A stretch of 64,000 nt of DNA from Mesotaenium endlicherianum. Its lineage: Eukaryota. Every line of letters starts with the position of its first letter. Position 1 is the stretch's first letter. The stretch is taken from positions 36,306 to 100,305 of the forward strand of contig WELA01000694.1 of NCBI GenBank assembly GCA_009602735.1, written 5' to 3'. The notes below the pieces were generated by a model, which saw only the letters and a list, made by a program, of their open reading frames with translations, searched no databases and was not told where the DNA came from. A program made the position numbers and the translations under genes. Shown here one piece after another: positions 50,049 to 61,393 of this stretch.

Positions 50049-52158
50049 TGGCAGCAGGATGGGGACGGAAGGGACAGCACGCTGTTATTTGTGTTAGTGT
50101 TGTCGAGGCGACAACATGATAAGTTGGAGGGATTGTAATGAATCAGTATATTGGTTGACATAATATTCATTTAAATAATATAGTTAAATAAGTTCAGCCT
50201 GCTGAACTCTAGTTAATGATCAGTCTGCTGGACTTTATATTTAATATCAGTTTAATGACTCGGCCCGAAGTAGCAGGCTGAGGTCACCTTAAGTCAGCTT
50301 GCTGACACATTCTTTGACAGCCAGCTGACTTCCGTACTCGGTAGCAGCGAACTGCCTCGATATGCATCTAAGTGTGGTATGCTAGATGAATGGCCAGATG
50401 ACATCCCTATGATGGATGGCGATTCGGGATGATGGGACATGGCGGTGGATTTGGTTAACCGAGGTCCTACCAACGTGGTTAACTCCCGGGTAGGCGGTGC
50501 CAACGCACTGGTCGTTGAACAGTGAACACATTCCATGTACATATGCTAGGCATTGCTCTCGAGTTCGGCATTCGAAAACGAGGCCAACTCTCTTGTACTG
50601 ATTACTGAGAGCGACCTGAATCCAAGGCGAGAAGCCATTGATATGCACTGTCTTCTAACCTTGCTTATGTATGAGTTTACTGATTTGCATTATTGATGCT
50701 AGTTTACTCGCATTTGACTTACGAGTATTATTCATTGCTAGTGTGTTGTCCTTCGCCGTTTAACCAGTTAACGAAAATTACCATAAAGATTACTTGCTGA
50801 TATAAAGATCTTTATTAATTATTAATTGCCTATTTTGTAAGTCGATTCATTTCAAAGAGGAAGTGGCTAAGACGGCAAGCACTCTGCAATAGGCCATCGT
50901 CAACCTGGCAAAGCTCAACACAAATAATGATGGAGAGCCACCACCACCTGGAGTGGAGAAGTCAATTGAAGATGAGGCAGAGATGCCAGACCTTCCAGAG
51001 TTTGACCTGTCGTCAGTCACCAATGAAGAGGAGATTCGGGAAGAAATTCCACGTTTCCCTACCCCAGAGCTGGACCTCTTGGAGTTACAGGAGCTCAGGA
51101 CGGATGAGTGGGTGGCCGACCACTTGATAATAAAGGGGCCCAGCCTGGCAGATCTATACAACGATCTGAGATCGCCTACATCCAGTACTCCAACCGCCAA
51201 TTTTCCAGCACCAGGAGCTACCCTGCATCAGCTACAACAGCCGCAGGAAGTGGCTGCCTGCACCGCTAAGGTGGAACCAACACAAGGTAATACTCACGGT
51301 CGCGCAAGCAGACCAAGAAAGGTGGCCCGGGAAGAAATGCACCTTTCAGGCGGATGCTGATGCGTTAACTCAAGTATAGGGAAGAAGCTCAGAGAGAAGG
51401 GGTTCCGAAAGGAACCATGGCTCCTCCTCCGCAATCAATCTTGGAGATTTTGCAAAGAGAGGGAGAGGATGGCTTGATTCGTAAAGCCATGGCATTTGGA
51501 ATTCCCATTCCCATGGTGCGACCTTCATCCACTGGAACGTGGGAGAAGGATAGTTCAGCTCCTAGGACACCTGCGATTTCTGAAAGGGAACTGGTAGAGC
51601 TGAGAAGCACCATAAGCCGCGTGACAGCAGAGAATGCTGTGTATGCACAACTAGCTGCGGCTCAAAGACCGCAGACTTTGACACAAGCATGGACGGTTAC
51701 GCCACCAGCCAGGGAGGAGTTTGGCACAACCGTTGCGCGTATTGCTACCATTGAGCGCGAGTGGGGTTGGACAATCGACTCCAGAGCCGATCCAGCAGGG
51801 TGGCCTTTGCCAAACCCGCCCCCACCACATAAAGAGGGAGGAACGGGGACCAGCTGGACTGCAGCCGATGAAGAAAGGTTCTTGAGGCAGCCCATCCGGA
51901 GGCGTCTCACATACTCCACTCAACAGGAGAGGCGACGATCCATCGGAAAGGTGAAAAGCCTAAGAAGCAGGCCGCCGAGCCTAGTTCAGCGGAGGAGCAA
52001 GCTCCAAAGCTTGCCACTCCACCGCCTAACAATCAGGCAGAAAAGCGTGAAGGTCAGGATAAGGGCGGAAAGCCCCCACCTGAACCCAAAGAGTAGCAAC
52101 TACTGGATGCCTGTGTTGGGGAAAAGCAGCCGAAAATTGAGGTTTTTACCATAGGAAA

Positions 52159-52711
52159 ATGGTCTCAGCCCAACAGAGACCACAAGTAGAAAGGCTGCTG
52201 AAGAAGCACCGCAAGGTGTTCGCTTTCACTAAGGAGGAGATTGGTAGAACCACTGCCAGTATGTGTGAGATCACACTAATTATTGATAACCCATTCAGAC
52301 TTACGCCGCATACGCTCAATCAGACCAAATGGGACTGTGTGGAGAAAACTTGCCAGGAGCTACACAAGCTCGGCATGATTGAGAAATCAATCTCAGTACA
52401 TGATGCTCCCACAGTAGTATTTGCCAAGAAGGATGAGGCTGGCAATTATACAGCCACTTGTATGTGTGGGGACTACAGACGACTGAATCTCCACACGGAA
52501 TCAGACAGCTATGTGATGCGCAATTGCCACCACCGGAAAGGTGTTCAGCATCATCGATTTACGCCAAGGCTTCAACCAGATCCCTGTGAAAACAAAAGAT
52601 CGAGGTAAGACCGCTTCCTGGGCTCAAAGGGAACTTTGGCAATGGACGGTAATGCCGTTTGGGCTGAAAAATGCCCCAGCTATCTTTCAGAAGACTATGG
52701 ATAAAGTGCTG
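52159..52711 (+). pseudogene. Element A reverse transcriptase, N-terminal part only
   Basis: CMCGDYRRLN, FSIIDLRQGFNQI, WTVMPFGLKNAPAIFQKTMDKVL; the YxDD motif, RNase H and integrase core are missing after ~52711. Confidence 0.9.
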
Positions 52712-53228
52712 GAGGCGTCATTTGAGCGCATGATGCCTGCTGCTCTGGACAATCTAAAAATTGCACAGGATAGAGACGGAACGTTACGCCAGGATGCAAG
52801 ATGGGAGCTATTGCCTGCGAATGACGCAGTTCCAAGAAGGAGACCTCGTCTATCGCAAGCGCCAGACCAAGACCACCATTGACACCAGTTCAGGTGCAGT
52901 GATCTTGCGCGTGAAACATGCGTTTGACAATGGTGGTTTGGAACTGGAAGGTTCTGATGGTAAGACCATGAGGGATCACGTGCAGAGCTGCTCGCTGTTC
53001 CATTTGCCCAATATCGATCCTATGGTTAAGGCTGTGCCAGAGGAATTGGTGCCAGCCACGCCTTGTGCCAGCTGCAAAGTGCTGGATGATCAAGAAGCAA
53101 TGGTAACTTGCAATAAGTGTAGTGCCCGTTGGCACACCTTTTGCATTGGTGAAGAAGAGATAATGGCAGGACGGTGGGAATGTCCTGATTGCCTTCCTAA
53201 AACCCCCAGCCGCAGAGCTAGGAAATAG
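52712..53228 (+). pseudogene. Element A integrase C-terminal region plus PHD finger
   Basis: ALDNLKIAQ...FQEGDLVY is typical of the region after a gypsy integrase core; CASC...MVTCNKCSARWHTFC...WECPDC is a C4HC3 PHD pattern (~53064-53193). Confidence 0.8.
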
Positions 53229-53274
53229 AAGCTTTCAGCGGAAAGGCAGGGACGCCTCAGCTGAAAGGGAGGGG

Positions 53275-53485
53275 TGTAAGGGAAATGAGTATAAAATAAC
53301 TTTTTTGAAGATTTCTACTGAGTGTGGAATGCGCCACCGCACGATGCCAGTGCAGGCAGACCAAGAATGGGTCAACCCCCAGCCAGCCTGCCACCGACAC
53401 ACGTGCGAGGGTCGATCAACCCGGTCGATTTCTCACGTGCCGCAACGCACGTGCCAGGGTAGGTCCGACGTTGTTAGGCACGACA
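53275..53485 (+). repeat. Repeat B1 of element A, directly after the PPT
   Basis: tgtaagggaaatgag...gttaggcacgaca, 211 bp, matches 55955-56166. Confidence 0.9.
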
Positions 53486-54156
53486 GCTGTCGCAACTGCC
53501 AACCACTGGACGGTGCCACACGCCCAACACAAGTCACGACCGACCAGGTACGGAAAGTCAGTGTTGATTCACCGACCAAAGGACTGAATTATCTCAGTCA
53601 ACGATTATGTCAAAGTCGTTATTACTGCCAAAGTGGTCACGACCCGTCAAACCCCACACCCAGGGATGGATGGGGATTTGGACAAAGTAGTCAGCCGAAA
53701 GGCTAGGGGCCTGGAACCAGTAATGAGCCAGCCCAACAAGTGCCAAGAAAGGTGCTGATTAATTGGCTATCTAAGCCAAGTACAGCAGGGATGTTGCAGA
53801 GGCGTTGTGTGCCACCTTGGCCAAGACCCTCAAGTGACTAAGCACGGCTTGAGAGTTCATCTCAAACGCTGCCAGTCGCCAGCCACCTAGGCATGATTGC
53901 CAACTGAAAGGCTGAGCAGTCATGCGCAACAGTCACAAGGCATGTACGCATGCTGGGTGACAACTTCGAAGCTGTTTGAAGGCTGCTAGGTAACGACGGC
54001 ATGCAAGCTAAGCGCTGTGACTAAGCACTGGCATTCTTGAGAGAGGATAATGTGTGGTGCCTGCGAAAGGCACGAGTCTCGTCTGAAGCTGCCTCATTCT
54101 GGCTCGTATCGCGTTGTCAAGAAAGCGGAAGACACAGGTACAAAAGGAAAGGAGAA

Positions 54157-55472
54157 TGAAATGAATCTTGCTTATTCAAGATTAATATATTTCATTTAAA
54201 TATAAAAAATCAGAGATAGGTGGAAGCGTGTGAAACCAGGGAGCGATCTTCGCCCTTATAATGAATACCGTTTACTCATCTATAGCCCTTGACTCACTTA
54301 TCGTAGTGTGCCATAGTTGCACACGAATACAAGGCACAAGAAAGAGGCGAGCTTGAGGACTAGAGCTTCTCCTTTAGAAACTCCTGACCTCTTGCCTACC
54401 AGGCATACAAGCATGTGTAAGCACATACACAACATCAGGGGACTGAATAGCAAAGGCGCTCTCATTCAGATGACCATAAAGTAGCTGAAACACATCCCAC
54501 TGACTTAGGTGCAAAAACCATGGAATCTGTCCGCTGTGTGACCCCAAAATTTCAGAGGGCATAACTCTGTCAATACTACTCCAAATTGAGCAAACTTAAC
54601 GGCAACGGATGCATCTTGACGAGACCTTTCCAAAAAGTCCTAGTTCGCTCCATTTAGAGCGCAAACAAAGCAGCCATGGCAATTTCCGTGAAGGCTGGTC
54701 ATTAGAACGAACCCAAAAAGTGCACACATCACTTGCAAGTAGAAATCCGACTGTAAAGCCTACTATCCAGAGTGAGGGACCACGAGATCCCAGCCTGCTA
54801 TGTGCCTAGTGACCACCTGGTTGACCACGGCGCAAGGTGCGCCGTTTCGTGGGAAACCCGTTAAGTTGGGACCCACGGATCTAGGTATAACGACCATATT
54901 AATTGGTCGGTTGACTGAAGTCCTAACTGTTCAGTTGACTGACGACGGCTCCGCCTACCCAGGAGTTAACCACACTGGTAGGACATCGGTTTACCGAATC
55001 TCAGTCGACCTCCCGACTTTCAGTATACTACGGTCACATGTGCCAATCTACAAATAACAATCTAAATGAATGTATCTATCCTCAGCGTACTGAAGCTAAG
55101 TATATTGACTAATATCAAGCGAGCTTACTATATGTCAACCTACTGATATTATATCCTATATATAACTGATATATAAATCTCAGCAAACTATACTATGATA
55201 CAAAAGTCATCCTGCTGACCTTTTCATCAATGTCAGCAAACCACACTATGATACAAAAGTCATCCTGCAGACCTTTTCAACAAAGTCAGCAAACTACACT
55301 ATGGTACAAAAGTCATCCTGCTGACCTTTTTGACAAAGTAAGTAAACTCGCATTACATCGACATACATTCATTTAGATGAACTCGCTCATGTGAGTATAC
55401 AGACATAATACTTATTTAGTGTTATATTTATATATGCAATTAATTGAATAAATAATGAACTGATTCATTACA
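54157..55472 (-). mobile_element. Solo LTR (1316 bp) of a family related to element B, inserted in A2
   Basis: Minus-strand termini TGTAATGAATCAG...GATTCATTTCA as in B; TSD GAGAA at 54152-54156 and 55473-55477; shares the box cgcctacccaggagttaaccac...ggtaggac with B-family LTRs. Confidence 0.9.
55180..55348. repeat. 53-bp tandem repeat, about 3.2 copies, inside the solo LTR
   Basis: tcagcaaactatactatgatacaaaagtcatcctgctgaccttttcatcaatg units start at 55180, 55233 and 55286. Confidence 0.9.
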
Positions 55473-55954
55473 GAGAAGAAGGAGCGCAAAGAAGAAGGAG
55501 TTCCCAAGGCCACAGAAGAGCCGAGACGCCACGCTTCTGCCGACGCTAGAAGATTTCTTCTCAAGTGTATCATAGAAAGATTAGACCTCAAGATTTTCCA
55601 AGAGGGGATCTCGCTGGTAGAAGGTAGAGAGCTGCAGAATAGAATCTGTTAGGAGATTAGCACAGATTCGGGTCAAACACCACAAGCGTGCGAAAGCCGC
55701 TTAAAATAGTGAGTGCTGTGTTAGTTTCCAAGTTCTCAGAAGTCTCAATTGCCGAATTGCTAAAAGCAAGAGTAGTATTAACAAGTAAAGCTCTCAGTGA
55801 AGAACTGAGTGAGCCCAGCCAAGCAGTGAAGAACTGTTTAGGCGCGGTGTTGAGTAAAGAGCTCAGACCAGGCCAGCATAGATGTGCAGTTTCAGAGTTT
55901 TGTAAGCTGTAACTTGTGAAAGTTAAGCGAAAGACTTGAAGGGCGATTTTTTCT

Positions 55955-56166
55955 TGTAAAGGAAACTGAGTATAAGATAACTTTTTTGAAGATTTCTACT
56001 AAATGTGAAATGCGCCATCGCACGATGCCACTGCAAGCAAACCAAGAATGGGTCAACCCCCAGCCAGCCTGCCACCAACACACGTGCGAGGGTCGATCAA
56101 CTCGGTCGATTCCTCACGTGCCGCAACGCACGTGCCAGGGGAGGTCCGACGCTGTTAGGCACGACA
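55955..56166 (+). repeat. Repeat B2, right terminus of element A
   Basis: tgtaaaggaaactgag...gttaggcacgaca; similarity to B1 stops exactly at CGACA. Confidence 0.9.
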
Positions 56167-57145
56167 GGAAGCTTGTAGGGCTCTGATTGTGCTCTATGTT
56201 ATAGTGTTAAATGCATTAACATTGGAAACCTTAAAAATACTTGAAATATACACTACTAGCCTCCTACATTATTTTGTCACATGTGATGATTGTTACTTTG
56301 CATTCATTTTTTGCAATCCGATTATGCATTTTTCCTTCACGGTAATTTTTTGTTGTTCATGTAATACTATGTACTTAATTTGTGTTCTTGGTGTGTCATT
56401 TGCCATCTTTTTGTCCATATATATTACTCAAGCGATTGTTGCAAATGCTACAGTTTGTAGTCAAAATGAATGTCAAAATATTTAAATACATTGAAAGAGT
56501 ATAAATAGTGATTTTGCGAGAAAATATCAGAGACCTTCATATTATTTGAACACCCGTGAGTTAGAAGACTTAAGCCCATGTTATCAAATCTATGTAAGAC
56601 CTTTGCCGACCTCTGCAAACCGTACAATTGTGCTTGATGTATTTTTCCTTGTTGTGGTAAGCTTTGAAAGCTATTGCCCGGCACGAGGATGCCTCTTAAA
56701 ATCCTTCACTTGAGTCGGGTGTTGGTTAAAATCCATATATTCACTGTCAGGGTGTTGTCGAAATCCGAGGATTTTGTCGAATCCTGGGGTCAGGGCCCCA
56801 TTGCGCACATTTACGGAGGTCAAAGCAGCTAAGATTGACTCCAGACCTCGTAGGCCTGTCAGATAAATCAGTTGAACCTCGGGGGTTCAATTGAAACCCC
56901 GGTTGACCTCCGTGAAGTCGCCCTAATAGGACCGCACAAGTACTTTAGTGACCTCCGATTATCACCGACCAGGCCGGGCATTTCAAATTCTTTTGCATTG
57001 TACAAGAAGATCAGAATTAGAAAAATTGTACAATGTACCCGAAATTCCTCACCAAATTCAGGCCTTGTGCTTGTATGTTGACACTGCAGCCAAAGACAAA
57101 AGTTATTCATTGCCGTGCCCCTGCATTAGGTCATTGTCGCCATCC

Positions 57146-58554
57146 ATGGCCGACCAACCAATTTCTCTCAGCTCAGATGTTGTTGCTGTCGTTGCTGCTG
57201 GCGGGTTGTTATCCGTGCAGGCCATTCGGGTCACGCTTCCTTCTCTCGCTCATGATGTTCATAATAGTGCAAAACATGTAGCTGACAAACTTGAGTTTGG
57301 CCCCCCCATTCTGCTCGAGCACCAGCAAAGATTCGTCCTAGGTGGACCTGCTGCTCGTGCATTTTTTGTAAACAGCTTTTTGGTTCAATTTGCAGACTTG
57401 GATGAAAGGATTGATGCCTTGTTCCAGACAGTTAATGCTGGAATGTGGTACATCAAGCCTCGTAGCACTCATTGGCATCACCATATGAAAGAGATAGTTG
57501 CCTTGCAGAATCGTGAGCAATGGACTTTCCACTTCCGAGTTTCCGTGCCCTTCTGGCATGACTTATGTTAGCAATTGCACAACAGAATCGCTACCAAAAC
57601 GCCGCACTCCTTCTCTGAGATAGGCAACAGGGTCATAGATGTCCAAACTATGGTCCTTGTTGGTCTCACAAAGTTGGCTACGGGGATGTCCTACAAGTGG
57701 CTGTCAACCTGTTTATGCTGGGCAAGCCAACTGTCATGAGAATCGCTGACAAGTTCGCTACAGCTGTTTGTGGGGAAGTGGGTCACAACCTGTCTATGTC
57801 CACGGAAGGAGAGGTTCTGCAGACAGCCATAGATGCCAACTTTGCAATGAAGGGATTTCCTAACTGTGTGGGGTTTTTGGATGTGACCCATATCCAAATA
57901 CAACCGCCTAACAATGCTCATTCGAGAGCCTATTTTGATAAGAACAAAACTACAGCATTTGTCTGCAGGCAGTTAGTTGTAGATCAAACAGGCTTGTTCT
58001 ACGATTGCAATATTGGTTGCATGGGTACCATGCACGATCAACGAATTTTTCGGCGGTCTTGGTTATGGGGCCGGAATGCTGGTGGCAACAGGCTATTTTG
58101 GGGACCTTCTGTGAGGGTTGGGGATGTGGATGTGCCCCCTCACAGTATCGCTGATGGAGGGTACACCCTTAATCATCGGCTCATATGTCCTTTCTGTGAG
58201 ACCAATGCCCACCCGCTCACTCAAGAGCACAAGGACTTCAACTATGCTCTATCTTCCACTTGCATGGTTGTGGAGAAGACCTTTGGGAAGCTGAAGCAGA
58301 CGTGGCGCATGCTTGGGGGCCGTGTCAATCAACCATCACCAGTTGGCCGCCTGGAGCGGCAGATTTGGTGCTGTTGCGTTCTCCAGAACATGATGATCAT
58401 GGAGAATCTGGACCCGCTGTACTATGAGCACCAACGAGGAGTATATGCACCTTATGCTGGGGCTTGGGCACGTGTTGCCCCACTTGGGCGGAGCGCGTGT
58501 TTGAAGACGAAGTGGCTGGAGCTACAATACGGGATGCTATTTTCCTGCATCTGA
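57146..58554 (+). pseudogene. PIF/Harbinger-type DDE transposase pseudogene
   Basis: WTFHFRVS, LTKLATG, GFPNCVGFLDVTHI, GTMHDQRIF, IADGGY, FNYALSSTCMVVEKTFGKLKQTWRML; stop at 57569 and a frameshift near 57696; TIRs not found. Confidence 0.85.
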
Positions 58555-58914
58555 TGATGTAGTTGAAGCAGTGGAGCAGTTTATGTTTTACATTAATGTA
58601 GGCAATTTGGGGTACTGTACTTTGTTGTAGTTATTACTTCATACTTGTTGCGTTATTGCACATTGCACTCCAACTGTGGTGGGGAATAAGGAGGAAAAGG
58701 ATGATGATGACAAGGGCGGAGCACGGGGCAGGAGGATGTGTATTCCCTGTTGACAACCTTATACGCCCTGCGCTGCATGGCGCGGACTAAGTGCTGCCCT
58801 CCCTATACACGATGTCAGCACCGCAGACCTAAACTGGCATACTACACAAGGCAAGCTGCCCTTCTTAGTGGTCATTGACCAGGGAACACTGGCCCGTCAC
58901 TCATGAGTCAGGAG

Positions 58915-59161
58915 CCTAGTTTAAAAATACTCTCGTACAGGCTCTTTTGGCCGCACCGTACGTATTGTAATACTCCGTATCGGCGTACTCCGTAATACTC
59001 GTATGAACCGATTTCCCGATTTATTTTTTATTTATAGTCGGTTTATATCACCGACACTCACGTATTCCGCCATATTCTAGCGTACAAATTTGACTCTCAC
59101 GTATCGTACGCACGGCGAATACGTAGATACGTATGCATCAAAACCAAATTTTTAAACTAGG
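58915..59161. mobile_element. hAT-type MITE, 247 bp
   Basis: 14-bp TIR CCTAGTTTAAAAAT / ATTTTTAAACTAGG; 8-bp TSD GTCAGGAG at 58907-58914 and 59162-59169; repeated internal CGTA/TACG motifs. Confidence 0.92.
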
Positions 59162-60672
59162 GTCAGGAGTCATAACTTACGGTCCACGGATCACCGACGA
59201 CTCACAAGAATTATGAAAATTAAACAGCCGCACACTGGCATCCCTTTTGTTGTACCAATACAAAATCCCTTCTTCAAATGTCGAAGGCAATTTCGAATAG
59301 ACTTCGACTTATAGGCTGAAACTTAGCGTGAAACTTAGACTGTAAAAGTATAGGGCTCGAGGGCGAAAGAGGAACGGGGGCGAGGGACTCCGAGATGTCG
59401 TCCTCCTATACGAAAGTTGAAACGGGGGGGGTCGGGTTAGGGTAATAGGGTCCAATTAGGGGTTGATGACCCCCCCTCCCGGGATTTGAAATAGTGCTTT
59501 GGTGAATTGAATCGACTTACAAATAGGCTATTAATAATATACTCTCAAGTCAAATGCAAGTAAACTAGCATCAATCATGCAATCAGTAAACTCCCCAAGC
59601 ACATATAAAGGAGAATTAGGGACTCTACCCAGACTAAGTTCAAAACGAGTCTTTCTCGTTGACGCATGCACCGCACTATTGATCGCAAATTTAATTTGAG
59701 GCAACAGGTCATCTCGATTATTTTGTTTTCGATTAATATATGCTCTCAGCACCTCATGCATAACTCGATTATTTCTTTCAATCTGCCCATCAGTCTGAGG
59801 GTGGTTTGTTTTGCTGAGCACCTGTTTGACTCCCATTAACCCCATTAAAGCTCTCCAGAACTTAGAGGTGAATTGTCAAGGTGGCTGACTCCCAGGTAAT
59901 TAATCAATCCTATGATCTACTTCCCTCTTAGGGGGCAGTCCTAGAGGCATATTAAAAACATCAGTATACTGAGCAACAATTTTTGCAGCAGTAGGGTGCT
60001 CCGGAGGGCTTACCTTTTTCTCAACCACTTCTTCAGGTTGAGGAGGTACCTCTCTTAGCAACAGACAGAACATTCTGTCTTCCTTCCGGTTCCAGCTTTT
60101 GACGAACTCCATTGCATTCAGCAACTTGCATCCTTCTGGAAGCCTCTTCTTTTCCTTCATTTGCCATCCACACAGGACAAGAGGAAGAGCACTGGTGGGT
60201 GCCAAGTCAGTCTGCCCATCACTGGCTCCTCTCACTTTAACTGTACCTCTGCTCCAACACACTCCAGCTTGACGTCTATTAAGCCTAGACCTTCCTAGCA
60301 CAAGATCATAAAGCCTAGTGTTGAGTACCTCAAATGTAAGCATTTCGGTTAGAATTGCAATGCCAGAACCTAACTGGACCTCAATAGGCTTGGTTATAAC
60401 TCCTCCCGGGATATTTGACGCATCTCCATTTTTCTATTCCCTTGGGTGACAGTAGGCAGCCTTAGCCGCTTAACTAAGTCCTTATGGATAAAAGTATGTG
60501 ACGCCCCTCCGTCAACGAATGCCCTCCTGTTTCTACCTGCAATCATACAATGCAATAGGATAGGGGGGACTTACTTTTCCGGACTTTTGCATTGTTCTCC
60601 TGATTTAGCAAAGAAATGTTGGACATTAGGTGGAACAAGATCATCCAGAGTGTGCACTCTCTGGAGATCTAT

Positions 60673-61393
60673 TGAAATGAATCGACTTACCAATAGGCGA
60701 TTAACAATTAGTGAAGATCTTTATATCAGCAAGTAATCTTTATGGTATTTTCTGTTAACTGATTAAACAGCAAAAGACAAACCCACTAGCAGTGAACAAT
60801 ACTCGCAAGTCAAATGCAAGTAAACGAGCATCAATAATGCAATTAGTAAACTCGTACATAAGCAATGCTAGAAGACAGTGCATATCAATGGCTTCTCGTC
60901 TTGGATTCAGATATCTCTCGGTAAGCAGTACAAGAGAGTTGGCCTCGATTCCGAATGCCAAACTCGAGACCAATACCTAGCATATGTACATGGAGTGTGT
61001 TTACTGTTCAATGGTAAGTGCGATGGCACCGCCTACCCGGGAGTTAACCACGGTTGTAGGACCTCGGCTAACCAAATCCACAGCCATCTCCCATCATCCC
61101 GAATCGCCATCCAGTTTAAGATGTAATCTGGCCACTCATGTAGCAAATCACATTTAGATGCATAGCTAGGTAATTCACTGCTGCCGAGTACGGCAGCCAG
61201 TTGACTGTCAAAAAATGTGTCTGCAAGCTGACACGAGTCAACAGGCTGACCTAAGGGACTACTTCCTGCTACTCTCGGCTGAGTCAATTAACTAAGTATC
61301 AAGTATCTAGCAGACTAAGTTCAACAGGCTAAAAATATTTAACTATTATATCTAAACGAGTATTATATCTATCCAATATATTGATTCATTACA
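60673..61393 (-). mobile_element. Solo LTR (721 bp) of the B/C family inserted in element C
   Basis: Reverse-complement homolog of the B LTR; TSD TCTAT at 60668-60672 and 61394-61398. Confidence 0.92.

Larger units (their letters stand above)
42041..50854 (+). mobile_element. Element B: full-length Ty3/gypsy chromovirus nested in element A pol
   Basis: 721-bp LTRs 42041-42761 and 50134-50854 (TGTAATGAATC...GATTCATTTCA), about 3% different by eye; TSD AAGAG at 42036-42040 and 50855-50859; PBS and PPT present. Confidence 0.97.
53488..55954 (+). repeat. Repeat A2 of element A (split by a solo LTR)
   Basis: Matches A1 from its first base tgtcgc to ...aagttaagcgaaag. Confidence 0.9.
35283..56166 (+). 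mobile_element. Element A: decayed Ty3/gypsy-like retrotransposon (gag-PR-DNMT-linker-RT-integrase C-terminus-PHD) with split direct repeats A1...B1-A2-B2; interrupted by three younger LTR insertions
   Basis: Starts TGTCG at 35283 and ends CGACA at 56166; A1 35283-~36600 matches A2 53488-55954; B1 53275-53485 matches B2 55955-56166; PPT gaaagggagggg at 53263-53274; coding motifs listed separately. No exact TSD (AGAAA vs GGAAG). Confidence 0.8.

Noticed and set aside
55180..55348. Partly palindromic 53-bp repeats resembling a CRISPR array
   Set aside because: Units are contiguous with no unique spacers, lie inside an LTR, and no cas genes are present.
35278..56171. Target-site duplication for element A
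   Set aside because: Flanks AGAAA and GGAAG match at only 3 of 5 positions; not accepted as a TSD.
56167..59400. Terminal inverted repeats and Myb/SANT partner gene of the Harbinger element
   Set aside because: No convincing TIR pair or second ORF found by eye.
59423..59481. G-rich stretch containing GGGTTAGGG
   Set aside because: Too short and irregular for an interstitial telomere array.
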